Positions 8,108-17,405 of a stretch of 64,000 nt of DNA are shown here, one piece after another (positions within the stretch are counted from its first letter, which is position 1; every line of letters begins with the position of its first letter). Both the position numbers and the translations under genes were made by a program. The notes under the pieces were generated by a model. That model searched no databases. It was given only the letters and a program-made list of their open reading frames with translations, and was not told the DNA's origin. Source of the DNA: Gemmatimonadales bacterium (GTDB lineage: Bacteria > Gemmatimonadota > Gemmatimonadetes > Palauibacterales > Palauibacteraceae); assembly GCA_037385645.1 (NCBI GenBank), contig JARRMU010000007.1, forward strand, positions 8,040-72,039. Reading direction: 5' to 3'.

Positions 8108-10495
8108 CTAGTTGGTCGCCAGGGCGGCATCGATGCGCTGCCGAAACTGCTCGCGTTCCTCCGGGGTCTGGTCGTCCTCGAACCAGGCGACGGCGCGCTG
8201 GAAGTTCACGAGATCGATGAGGAACGCATACACCGCTGCCGCCGCCCCCTGCTGGGCCACGAAGCTCTCGTTCTGGGCTTCGAGCAGATCGGTCACGTTC
8301 ACGAGCCCCTGGGCGTACTTGTCCTGGACGAGCTCGAAGTTGCGGCCCGCCGCCTCGGCTTGGCGGCGGTTGAAGGTGATTGCCGGGAAGGAGCTTTCCA
8401 GCTTCCGCAGCGCCGTGCGGGTCTGGCGCTCGACGATGTCGCCCGTCAGACGCTGCTGCCGGAACAGCCTCTCGAGCTCGGAGCTGGTGCGTCCCACCTC
8501 GAAGGCGCGCGAGGCTCCCTGAAAAATCGGGTAGGTCGCCGTGAAGTTGAAGCCCCAGAGGTTCTTGTCGATGTTCTCCAGCTCCGGCCTACGCGCGATC
8601 TGATAATCCCAGAAGAAGCCGGCGGAGAGCGACGGGAGGAACCACCTCCGCTTCCGCTGACCCACCTGGATGTCCTGCGCCTCGATCTGCTTCTCGACCG
8701 CCTGCAGCTCGGGGTCGTTCTCCCGCGCCAGCTGCACGGCCAGCGCCCGGAACCGCTCCAGCTCCGCGGCGTCGGTGAAGAGAGGGGTGAAGATCCCCAC
8801 GAGGAAGGGGAATTGCTCCTCCGGCTCGCCCACCTCCTGCGGCTGCCACCTCCGGCCCTGCTGCAGGGCGAGGATCTGGTTGAGGCGGATGCGCTCCGTC
8901 TCTATCCGGGCCAGGCTCGCGAACAGCAAGCTCTGGCGCTTTGCCACCTCCGCCTCCCACCGGTAGACCTCGTCTCGCCCGGAGTAGCCGACCTCGGCCC
9001 GGAACTTGGCCAGCTCGAGATTCTCCTGCGTGACCCGCAGGTTGCTCACGTCGATCCGGTAGAGGATCAAGGAGAGGGCGTATCGAAGGTACTCCGTTCC
9101 GGCCAGATTGAAGGCCTCGAGGCGCGTCGCCTCGTAGATCTGCTTCGTGCTCTCGAGTAGACGGCCGGAGCTGCGATATTCGCTGATCCTCGCGTCGTCG
9201 TAGATCATCTGGTTGGCTCGCACCCCGGCCGAAGCGACCCGGTCAGGCACGGTTCCCTCGAGGAAGAGCTGGCTGATCCCGCTGACATCTCCGATCGCGC
9301 CGATCTGAGGCAGGATCGGGCTCAACGCGAGATCCCGCTCCTTCTCGGCCGTCACGATGTCCTGTGCCTGGATCGCCAGCCTGAGGTTGCCGCGCTCGGC
9401 GTACTGCAGCACCTGCGCGAACTCCAGCGGTTCCCCCGGCGGTGCGAGGGCCCCCTCGTTGACCCAGGTGGCCAGGGCCATGGTGGCCACGCTCGGTTGA
9501 TAGCCGATCTGGACGGCCGTTTCCGCGTTCATGAGCAAGCGAGGGTCGGCGGAGACAAGGATCGGAAGATCCTCCATCGAAGCGCCGCGCATGAGCTCGC
9601 TGATGTTCACGGCGACCCGTCGCGCTGCGACGGTCGTAAGCTCGGGCGTTCGAGCGGCCAGAGCTCCCTGGAAGACGTCGCCATGTCCCTCCACGCTGAA
9701 CGTCGGGATTCGCCGGTCGTTCAAGCCTCCGATCAACCGCAGGTGTTCGTCGATCGTCAACCGGGGCAGGCGCGTTAGGATGGCGGCCTGTGCGTCGCCG
9801 AGTGCATTCAGGACCGCGTCGACGTCGGTCCCTACCGGAACTGGGATCAGCTCGGTCTCCGTCGCGCCCTCGAGAGCTTCAATCTCTCCAACCAGCGGCG
9901 CGAGCTCATCGAGCATCCTCGCGTCGATCAGAACATGGATCTGCTCGGCCGGCACCAGATCGAGGAGCTCTCGAATGTCGCCTTCCGCTCGATTGGCGAT
10001 GAGCATGAAGTTGAGGTTGGGCTTGGTCGATCGATCGCCCCGTGCATCGGCGACGTGGAACAGGTCCAGGCGCTGCACGTAGCCGCTGATCACCGGCTTG
10101 GCGAGCTCGATCCGCGTCGCCGCCTGCGTGATCAGGAGACCGGGTGTCAGGATCACGTCCACCTCGGGATCGTCCAGTGCCGCCCTCAGAGCGGGTTCCA
10201 TCCGATCGGCGTCCCAGCCCGCGTCGAACTCGGGGGCTTTCTTGAAGACCGCCCTCTCACCTCGCGCGCCGAGGATCGCCACGACCTCTCTCTCGATGCT
10301 GGCCAGTATCGTATCGCCAGGCGAAGGGCCGTCCACCACCACGGCGATGGTGACCGGCGTGTCGCGGACCGGCTCCAACGCTCCCTCCTGAGCGGTGGCG
10401 GGGGAGGGAAGCAGGAAGATGGCCGACAGCGCCATGGCCAAAGGGACGGCGTCTCCAACGAGGCGCCGTGCGAAGAGCCTGTACATCGGAAACAT
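8108..10495 (-). CDS. TolC-family outer membrane efflux protein with ~380-aa N-terminal periplasmic extension
   Basis: 795 aa. C-terminal ~400 aa show TolC/OprM-like coiled-coil and barrel repeats (LELAKFRAEVGYSGRDEVYRWEAEVAKRQSL..., LEAQNESFVAQQGAAAAVYAF). The N-terminal ~380 aa after the signal peptide is an additional alpha/beta domain not present in canonical TolC. Stop abuts the adaptor start. Confidence 0.75.
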   Translation of the reverse strand: MFPMYRLFARRLVGDAVPLAMALSAIFLLPSPATAQEGALEPVRDTPVTIAVVVDGPSPGDTILASIEREVVAILGARGERAVFKKAPEFDAGWDADRMEPALRAALDDPEVDVILTPGLLITQAATRIELAKPVISGYVQRLDLFHVADARGDRSTKPNLNFMLIANRAEGDIRELLDLVPAEQIHVLIDARMLDELAPLVGEIEALEGATETELIPVPVGTDVDAVLNALGDAQAAILTRLPRLTIDEHLRLIGGLNDRRIPTFSVEGHGDVFQGALAARTPELTTVAARRVAVNISELMRGASMEDLPILVSADPRLLMNAETAVQIGYQPSVATMALATWVNEGALAPPGEPLEFAQVLQYAERGNLRLAIQAQDIVTAEKERDLALSPILPQIGAIGDVSGISQLFLEGTVPDRVASAGVRANQMIYDDARISEYRSSGRLLESTKQIYEATRLEAFNLAGTEYLRYALSLILYRIDVSNLRVTQENLELAKFRAEVGYSGRDEVYRWEAEVAKRQSLLFASLARIETERIRLNQILALQQGRRWQPQEVGEPEEQFPFLVGIFTPLFTDAAELERFRALAVQLARENDPELQAVEKQIEAQDIQVGQRKRRWFLPSLSAGFFWDYQIARRPELENIDKNLWGFNFTATYPIFQGASRAFEVGRTSSELERLFRQQRLTGDIVERQTRTALRKLESSFPAITFNRRQAEAAGRNFELVQDKYAQGLVNVTDLLEAQNESFVAQQGAAAAVYAFLIDLVNFQRAVAWFEDDQTPEEREQFRQRIDAALATN

Positions 10496-10687
10496 CCTTC
10501 TTCAGCTAAGTGATCGAGGCCAAGCCATACCCGGGCGTAGGTGATCAATTGGCCACGTCGTATTGCTTTTGTCGAGGGGTCGGGTGATGAGTGGGGAAGC
10601 GGATCCCGGGCGTGAAGCCGGCAGGGTGGCCACTTATCTTCGAGGGTTCGAAGGCGGGATGATCCGCGTGCACACAGGAGTGTACGG

Positions 10688-12436
10688 GTGTCCATGAACG
10701 AGGCTGTCGAGAGGATCAAGGAGCGCAAGCTCTTCCAGTGGGCGATCGCCTACGTGGCAGGTGGCTGGCTTCTGCTCGAGCTCCTGGGCTTCGTGGCGGA
10801 CAACTTCGGGTGGCCCGGCTCAATCGTCCGCGCAGCTACCGTGCTGCTCGGGGTCGGGTTCCTCGCGACGCTCGTTCTGGCCTGGTACCACGGGGAGCGA
10901 GGGCACCAGAGGGTCGGCGGCATCGAGCTTCTCATGCTCGCCGCACTGCTGCTGGTCGCCGGCATCGCGGTGCGGTTGGTCACGGAATCCGAGGCCGCCC
11001 CGGGAGGCGGCGAAGCTTCCCAGCAGACAGTCCTGGCGCCGCCCCTGGGCGCCTCCGACGTGGACGACGCTTCGATCGCCATCCTGCCGTTCAAGAATCA
11101 GAGCCCCGACCCCGACAACGAGTACTTCAGCGACGGAATCACCGACGACATCATCACCCAGCTTGCCCAGATCGAGGAGCTTAAGGTGATCTCGAAGACC
11201 TCGGTCATGAGATACCGGGACCGCGGTAAGAGAAGCCTCCGCCAGATTGGCGAGGAGCTCCGGGTGGCGGCCATCCTGGAGGGTGGGGTGCGAAGGGCCG
11301 GAGACCGCGTCCGGATCACCGCACAACTGGTCGACGCGCGCACGGATCGGCACCTGTGGGCACAGACGTACGATCAGGAGCTCACGGCCGCGAACATCTT
11401 CGCGATCCAGAGCGACGTGGCCCTGGCGATCGCCCGAGCGCTGCAAGCCACACTGGCGCCGGAGGTAAGCGAGCGCATCGAGACCGCCCCGACCACGAGC
11501 CTGGAGGCCTACGATCTCTACGCCCGGGGCCGGTATCTGTGGGGACAGGCTTCACGGGAGGGTCTGAAGAGGTCGGTGGAGCTGTTTCAGCAGGCGATCG
11601 CGGTGGACTCGAGCTATGCGCTCGCCTATAGCGGCTTGGCGGATTCCTACCTTGCGATGTGGGCGCTGCTTTTCCACCCCGAGAGGGAGGTGCTCCCCAA
11701 GGCGCAGGCAGCGGCCGAGGAGGCCCTTCGGATCGATCCGGAATTGGCCGCGGCGCACACATCGCTCGGCCAGTTACACCAGATAGCTATGCGCTGGGAC
11801 GAGGCGCGCGCGGCCCACGAGAGGGCGCTCGAGCTGGATCCGGGAAACGCGATCGCCCGCCAGACATATGGCTCTCTCCTGGTCATGGTGGGGCAGGCCG
11901 AAGAGGGACTTGCCCAGGTGCGCCGGGCGGTGGAGTTGGACCCGCTCTCGGCGCAAAGCCGTACGGCGTACGCCGCGCTGCTTCTCTACGCGCGCGAGTA
12001 CGCGGCCGCCATCGAGGAGTCTGCCCGGACGCTGGAGCTCGAGCCCGAGCTCGACTACCTGCACTACGTCCAGGGCTTCGCGCACGCGCTGTCCGGTGAC
12101 GTCGAGGCCGGCATCGCGGCCGTCCGACGGGCCGACGAGATCAACGGTGGCGAGGCCTACAGCCGCGTGGGACTGGCCTATCTCCTCGCGATGGCCGGCC
12201 GCCGCGCCGAGGCGCTAGAGATTATCGAGGCACTGGAGGGGCAGACGCCATCTCTGCGGGAGATCGGGTTGGTCTACGGAGTGCTCGGCGAGATGGACCT
12301 CGCCTTCGAGTACTTGGATCGGGCGTTCGAGGAGGAGCCCGCCAGTCTGAGCTTCATGGCCACGGATCCCACGGCGGATCCAATCCGCGATGACCCGCGC
12401 TACGAGGCTCTGCTGAATAGGCTGGGCATGGAATAG
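10688..12436 (+). CDS. Membrane-anchored TPR-repeat protein with TolB-N/FlgO-like periplasmic domain
   Basis: 582 aa. N-terminal helix plus TM segments; AILPFKNQSPDPDNEYFSDGITDDIITQLAQIEELKVISKTSVMRY block (TolB-N-like). At least 6 TPR repeats at the C-terminus (AYSGLADSYLAMW, AHTSLGQLHQIAM, ARQTYGSLLVMVGQ ...). Confidence 0.7.
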   Translation: MSMNEAVERIKERKLFQWAIAYVAGGWLLLELLGFVADNFGWPGSIVRAATVLLGVGFLATLVLAWYHGERGHQRVGGIELLMLAALLLVAGIAVRLVTESEAAPGGGEASQQTVLAPPLGASDVDDASIAILPFKNQSPDPDNEYFSDGITDDIITQLAQIEELKVISKTSVMRYRDRGKRSLRQIGEELRVAAILEGGVRRAGDRVRITAQLVDARTDRHLWAQTYDQELTAANIFAIQSDVALAIARALQATLAPEVSERIETAPTTSLEAYDLYARGRYLWGQASREGLKRSVELFQQAIAVDSSYALAYSGLADSYLAMWALLFHPEREVLPKAQAAAEEALRIDPELAAAHTSLGQLHQIAMRWDEARAAHERALELDPGNAIARQTYGSLLVMVGQAEEGLAQVRRAVELDPLSAQSRTAYAALLLYAREYAAAIEESARTLELEPELDYLHYVQGFAHALSGDVEAGIAAVRRADEINGGEAYSRVGLAYLLAMAGRRAEALEIIEALEGQTPSLREIGLVYGVLGEMDLAFEYLDRAFEEEPASLSFMATDPTADPIRDDPRYEALLNRLGME

Positions 12437-12509
12437 GAGGGCTCGGACCCTTGGGGCGACGGTCGGCAGATCCAAACACCCGCAGCGCAGCGGCGCGTTC
12501 CTCGAGCCT

Positions 12510-13082
12510 CTAGGGTCCTCCGGACGTCAGGATTTCGTGCCGGAGCTTCACCCACGCGAGCCGTTGCTCGAGCGATGCCCGAATCGAGAACTCGGCGTCT
12601 CCGTACTCGTAGAGCACCATCATCCGACCGCGGATCTCCGCCTGTTCGGGTGAGAAGCCCATCTCCCTGAAGACGCCGGTGGTCCACTCGAGCCTCGCCT
12701 GGTCCACGCGTCTCACGGCCTGCTTGGCCCGCTCATCGGACTTAGCCCAGGTGCGCATGGCCGCCTCGTACCGGGCACGATCCTCGCGGGCGATGTCTTC
12801 CATCACCTCCAAGAGGTTCTGCGCCGGAGAGCCGGTCAGGTTGTCGTGGTCGCGCACCGCGCCCAACATCCTCGTGGCCCAGTAGTCGATCACGCTGGAG
12901 AGCAAGTCCTGCAGGTCCTCGAAGTGCCAGTAGAAGCTCCCCTTAGTCACGCCGAGCGACGCGGCCAGCGGTTCCACATGGACTCCTTCAGGCCCTGCAC
13001 TCAGCAGCGCGGCGAGCGCCGCGGAGAGCCAATCGTTCCGCGTGAGCTTTCGCGCGCTTCGGGGTTGCTTGGGTGCCGCCAT
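12510..13082 (-). CDS. TetR/AcrR family transcriptional regulator
   Basis: 190 aa. N-terminal HTH (LTRNDWLSAALAALLSAGPEGVHVEPLAASLGVTKGSFYWHF) typical of TetR_N. Confidence 0.85.
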   Translation of the reverse strand: MAAPKQPRSARKLTRNDWLSAALAALLSAGPEGVHVEPLAASLGVTKGSFYWHFEDLQDLLSSVIDYWATRMLGAVRDHDNLTGSPAQNLLEVMEDIAREDRARYEAAMRTWAKSDERAKQAVRRVDQARLEWTTGVFREMGFSPEQAEIRGRMMVLYEYGDAEFSIRASLEQRLAWVKLRHEILTSGGP

Positions 13083-13279
13083 GTGTTCGATCGATCGCGA
13101 GTGCGTGGGCTGATCCGCAGTGGCCCGAATAACGGATCATAGCGCTTGTGCTCCCATAAGAAAGCGAGAATCTGCAAAGCGCAACGCCCACCCGGCTTGC
13201 CACTTTCCATGCAGTCTCCCATGATGGCAGCAGTCGCTGGAACCTGCCGCTTTCTCGCGCTGGGGTGCTCACCGGTTGA

Positions 13280-15628
13280 ATGATCGAGGGAGATCAAATG
13301 GGGCCGGTCGGTAGAACCGCGTCCGCTCCGTGGCGCCGGCTCGGCAGGATCTTCCCCCTCTTGGCCGCGGTCCTCGTCCTCGCCGCCGCCATCCTCGCAA
13401 CCGCGCTCGTTCCACGACGTCTTCAGCAGCGAGTCCAGGAGGACCGGAGCGAGCTCGAGGAGATCGTCCGGCCCGCTCGCTCGCTCACCTCGGATCTGCG
13501 CGCGACGCTGGACCGGGAAGCCGCTGCCGTGCGCGGATACCTCCTCGACCGGGACGTGAGAAACAAGGAGCGATACGGGCGGGCGAGGGCCCGCGAAGAC
13601 TCGCTACTGCTGCAGCTCGCACCCTTGGCCCGGCGCCTCGGCCCGCTGACCGTGTCTCAGCTGGGCGATGTGCGCACGCGCGCCGCCGCCTGGCACGTCG
13701 ACCAGGAGCGGCTCCTGCTCGAAGAGCCTGGCTTCGCACCCGAGTTTCTCCGCCGCATGCCGGCGCAGCTGGAGATGTACGACGGTGCCTCGCTCGCCGC
13801 CGAGCGCCTGGGCGCAACGCTGGCTGGAATAGAGACGGCGCGGCTGGACCGACTGGCTCGACTCCGGGCGCTGGAGGAGCCCGTCATGCGCGGAGTGGCC
13901 TGGCTGGCCGGCCTGGCCCTCCTCATCACCCTGCTGCTCGCCTGGAGGTTGGCCGCGCTCCAGAGCCGGCCTCCCAGACGCCGACTGGAGGAGGCTGAGC
14001 GCCGGTTCGGGGAGCTGGTCGACGCCATGCGCGAGGTGTTCTGGATTCGGGATGCTCGGACGGGCCGGTTCGTCTATGTGAGCCCCGCCTACGAGAGCGT
14101 CTGGGGCCGGAGCCGGGAGCCGCTGTACGCCGGCTTCGGTCCGTTTCTGGCGACCGTTCATCCCGAGGACCGCCGACGCGTGGAAGCGGCCGCTCCGCCG
14201 GGGGAGCTCGAATACCGAATCGTTCGCCCCGACGGAACGATCCGCTGGATCGCCGAGCGGTGCTTGCCGATGTCGGCTCCGGCCGATGGCTCGGCCCGGT
14301 GGCTTGGCGTCGCCGCCGACGTGACCGAGCGATTCGAAGCGCGGCAGCATCTGAAGCACCTCGCGCTTCACGATCCGGTCACCGGCCTCGGCAATCACCT
14401 GCAGCTCCTCGATCGGCTCGAGCACGCCCTCACCCGGGCGAGGCGTGCGAGGGTGGCGGTCGCCGTTCTGGTCGTGGATGTCGTGGACTTTCGCTCCGTT
14501 AACGAGGAGTTGGGGTGGGCGGCCGGAGACCGGCTTCTGGCTGCCGTCGGCAAACGCCTGCAGGGCACGCTGCGGCAGGAGGACACGCTCGTACGCCTGG
14601 GGGACGACGCGTTCATGGCCGTGCTGGAGCAAGTGGAGGAGAGAGGGGGCGTTCTGCGAGCCGCGGCGCGGATATCGGCCGCCTTCGAGGCGCCGTTCAC
14701 GGTCGATGGGAAGGAGGTGGGGCTGAGGGTTCGGGTTGCGAGCGCGATCAGCGAGGCCGGGTCCCTGAGCTCCGCCGATCTGGGCCGACTGGCCGACGAG
14801 GCGCGGCACCGATCGAGCCTGGAGCCGAGCGCCCCGTTCGAGTCGGCGCACGCGATCACCGTCGAGTCTCCCGGTACGAAGGGCAGCCGGGGTCGGCTTC
14901 GCCAGGCTCTCGAAGAGGCGGAGTTCCGGGTCCACTACCAGCCGATTTTGGATCTTCACACCGATCGAGTGGCGGGGCTGGAGGCGCTGCTCCGTTGGGA
15001 GCACCCTGAACGGGGTTTGCTCCTTCCCCACGAGTTTCTGGGGCTGGCGGAGGAGACCGGACTGATCCATCCGCTCGGATTGTGGGTCCTTCGCCAGGTA
15101 TGCACGGATCTGCACCACTGGGAGAGTGAGTCGCTGCCGCTGCGGGACGCATGGGTCGCGGTGAACCTCTCTCGGCGGCAGTTCGAACTGCCCGATTTCG
15201 TCGAGGAGGTGGCCCGTATCCTGGCCACGACCGGAGCCCTTCCGGCGCGGCTGAGGGTCGAGGTGGATGAGACGACGTGGTTCAGGGCCCGCAGCCCGCT
15301 TCGGCGGCTTCGAGACCTCGGCATCGTCGTCGCGATCGACGGCTTCGGCGAGCGGTTCGGCGCCCTGGGTGCCCTTAGGCGTCTCCCCGTGGATGCCATC
15401 AAGCTGACCACCTCCGCGGCCGTGGCGTCGTTCGTCGGACTGGCCTCCGGGCTGGGGCTCGAAGTCACCGCCGTGGGCATCGAGAACGGCGGTGAGCTGA
15501 GGGGTCTGAAGGCTCTGGGGTGCCCGACCGGCCAGGGTTTCCACCTGGCGCCGCCGCTGAGCGGCGAGGCGCTCCTGGACTGGACGGTGGCTCGTGGCCC
15601 GGTACGCGCACAGGGCTCGCTGAGCTGA
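13280..15628 (+). CDS. Sensor c-di-GMP turnover protein: periplasmic sensor, TM, PAS, degenerate GGDEF, EAL
   Basis: 782 aa. PAS region (FWIRDARTGRFVYVSPAYESVWG). GGDEF domain with the signature degenerated to LGDDAF. EAL domain with intact EALLRWEHPERG and downstream conserved blocks. Likely a phosphodiesterase. Confidence 0.85.
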   Translation: MIEGDQMGPVGRTASAPWRRLGRIFPLLAAVLVLAAAILATALVPRRLQQRVQEDRSELEEIVRPARSLTSDLRATLDREAAAVRGYLLDRDVRNKERYGRARAREDSLLLQLAPLARRLGPLTVSQLGDVRTRAAAWHVDQERLLLEEPGFAPEFLRRMPAQLEMYDGASLAAERLGATLAGIETARLDRLARLRALEEPVMRGVAWLAGLALLITLLLAWRLAALQSRPPRRRLEEAERRFGELVDAMREVFWIRDARTGRFVYVSPAYESVWGRSREPLYAGFGPFLATVHPEDRRRVEAAAPPGELEYRIVRPDGTIRWIAERCLPMSAPADGSARWLGVAADVTERFEARQHLKHLALHDPVTGLGNHLQLLDRLEHALTRARRARVAVAVLVVDVVDFRSVNEELGWAAGDRLLAAVGKRLQGTLRQEDTLVRLGDDAFMAVLEQVEERGGVLRAAARISAAFEAPFTVDGKEVGLRVRVASAISEAGSLSSADLGRLADEARHRSSLEPSAPFESAHAITVESPGTKGSRGRLRQALEEAEFRVHYQPILDLHTDRVAGLEALLRWEHPERGLLLPHEFLGLAEETGLIHPLGLWVLRQVCTDLHHWESESLPLRDAWVAVNLSRRQFELPDFVEEVARILATTGALPARLRVEVDETTWFRARSPLRRLRDLGIVVAIDGFGERFGALGALRRLPVDAIKLTTSAAVASFVGLASGLGLEVTAVGIENGGELRGLKALGCPTGQGFHLAPPLSGEALLDWTVARGPVRAQGSLS

Positions 15629-15652
15629 GCTTTCGGGTTCGGCCGTCTCGAG

Positions 15653-17383
15653 CTAAACGGCCGTCGGCTCTCTGCCGAGATCGGAAGCGGGACCGGCGCC
15701 CTGCGGCGCTTCCGCCTCCGCCGCCTCGGTTGCCTGGTGCACTTCGAAGAAGAAGTGATCGGCGCCCACGAGATCCACGATGCCCGCTCGGTCGAGGACG
15801 TCTCGAACGGGGCCCTTCACCCCGACGAAGAAGAACCGGATCCCGGCGGCGTTGAATTCCTCGACGATCTCCTTGAGCGCATGGGCGGCCGTCGAGTCGA
15901 TCTGATTCACCGGGTAGGCGTCGAGCACGAGCGTGTCGAGCGCCGGGTCTCGATCCGCTATCTCCCGCAGCTTGTCCTTCAGGAAGGTGGCGTTCCCGAA
16001 GAAGAGGGGCGCGTCGACCCGGAAGACCACGACGCCGCTCCGCACGAGTGCCTCAGGGTGTCGACGCACGTTGCGGAAGGTAGCCGTGCCCGGCAGCCGG
16101 CCCATGACGGCCGTGTGCGGCCTGTAGCTCTCGTGCACGAGGACGATGAGGGACGCGATCACGCCCAGCAGAATGCCCTGCTCGATTCCCAGGGCTAGGG
16201 TCGCCACGAAGGTCATCGCCATCAGGAAGAAATCCCTGCGCTTTACGTGCCACAGGAAGCGCGCCTCCCGCCAGTCGATGAGTCCCGACACGGCCACGAT
16301 GACGATCGCCGCGAGAACGGCGTTGGGCAGGTAGTAGAAGAGCGGGGTCAGGAACAGCAATGTCAGGGCGATGACTCCGGCGGCGAACAGCGAGGAGAGC
16401 GGCGTACGGGCGCCCGCCCGATCGTTCACCGCCGTGCGGGAGAAGCCGCCCGTCGTCGGGTAGGCCCGGAAGATGGAGCCGACCACGTTCGCCAGGCCCA
16501 GGGCGACCAGCTCCTGGCTCGCCTCCACCTCGTAGCGGTCGCGACTCGCGTAGACCTTCGCGACGGCGATCGATTCCATGAAGCCTACCATCGAGATGAT
16601 CAACGCCGTGGGCAGCAGCGCCCGCAGATCGCCGGCGGCGATGGTGGCCATGCGGGGCGACGGGAGGCCTCGTGGCACGTCTGTCACGATCTGAACGCCG
16701 GCCGCATCGAGTGAGAGCGCGCCGACCGCGACGGTTCCGAGGACGACGACGGCCAGCGGAGCCGGGAGGCTCGGCCTCCATCGCCTCAGCGCCACGAGGA
16801 TCACGATGGCGGCGACGCCGATCGCCAGGGTGATCAGGTGGGTGGAGCCCGCCCGCTGAACGGCGCTCGCGATGATGATGTGGATCTGGGTGGACCGGGG
16901 CAGCGCGATCCCCAACAGGTGCTTGAGCTGGCTGAACCCGATGATGAGCGCCGCCGCTGCCGTGAAGCCCGTGAGCACCGGGTGCGAGAGGAAGTTCACC
17001 AGGAAGCCGAAGCGGGCGAGCCCGAGGGCGAGCTGGATCGCGCCCACCATGCCGGCCAGGAGGATGGCGAGGGCTACGTAGCGCGCCGGATCGGCTCCCG
17101 CGAGCGGACCGACCCCCGCCGCGACCAGCAGGGAAACCATCGCCACCGGGCCGACGGAGAGTGGGCGCGACGTGCCGAACGCCGCGTAAACCGCGAGAGG
17201 CGTGAGCGCCGCGTAGAGCCCGTAGATCGGCTCCAAGCCGGCGATGAGGGCGTACGCCATCCCCTGCGGGATGAGCATGACTCCCACCGTCAGGCCCGCG
17301 GAAAGATCACCTCTCAGCTTGCCGCGATCGTACGCCGTCAGCTCGCTCACGATCGGGACGAGCCGCCTCAGGAGCGCTGCCAT
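15653..17383 (-). CDS. SulP family anion (sulfate) permease with C-terminal STAS domain
   Basis: 576 aa. SulP N-terminal block (RGDLSAGLTVGVMLIPQGMAYALIAGLEP), multiple TM segments, C-terminal STAS (AVMGRLPGTATFRNV... VLDAYPVNQIDSTAAHALKEIVEEF). Confidence 0.9.
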   Translation of the reverse strand: MAALLRRLVPIVSELTAYDRGKLRGDLSAGLTVGVMLIPQGMAYALIAGLEPIYGLYAALTPLAVYAAFGTSRPLSVGPVAMVSLLVAAGVGPLAGADPARYVALAILLAGMVGAIQLALGLARFGFLVNFLSHPVLTGFTAAAALIIGFSQLKHLLGIALPRSTQIHIIIASAVQRAGSTHLITLAIGVAAIVILVALRRWRPSLPAPLAVVVLGTVAVGALSLDAAGVQIVTDVPRGLPSPRMATIAAGDLRALLPTALIISMVGFMESIAVAKVYASRDRYEVEASQELVALGLANVVGSIFRAYPTTGGFSRTAVNDRAGARTPLSSLFAAGVIALTLLFLTPLFYYLPNAVLAAIVIVAVSGLIDWREARFLWHVKRRDFFLMAMTFVATLALGIEQGILLGVIASLIVLVHESYRPHTAVMGRLPGTATFRNVRRHPEALVRSGVVVFRVDAPLFFGNATFLKDKLREIADRDPALDTLVLDAYPVNQIDSTAAHALKEIVEEFNAAGIRFFFVGVKGPVRDVLDRAGIVDLVGADHFFFEVHQATEAAEAEAPQGAGPASDLGREPTAV

Positions 17384-17405
17384 GGGCCGAACCCCCTGCC
17401 GGGGG

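Noticed and set aside
7454-9160. 568-aa plus-strand ORF
   Set aside because: Antisense to the adaptor and outer-membrane-factor genes. Low-complexity Arg/Leu/Gly-rich sequence.
10496-10687. Intergenic region upstream of the TPR gene, checked for tRNA or riboswitch-like structure
   Set aside because: No cloverleaf or conserved riboswitch motif recognised by eye. Likely just a promoter or 5'UTR.
13604-15544. 646-aa minus-strand ORF
   Set aside because: Antisense to the well-supported PAS-GGDEF-EAL gene.
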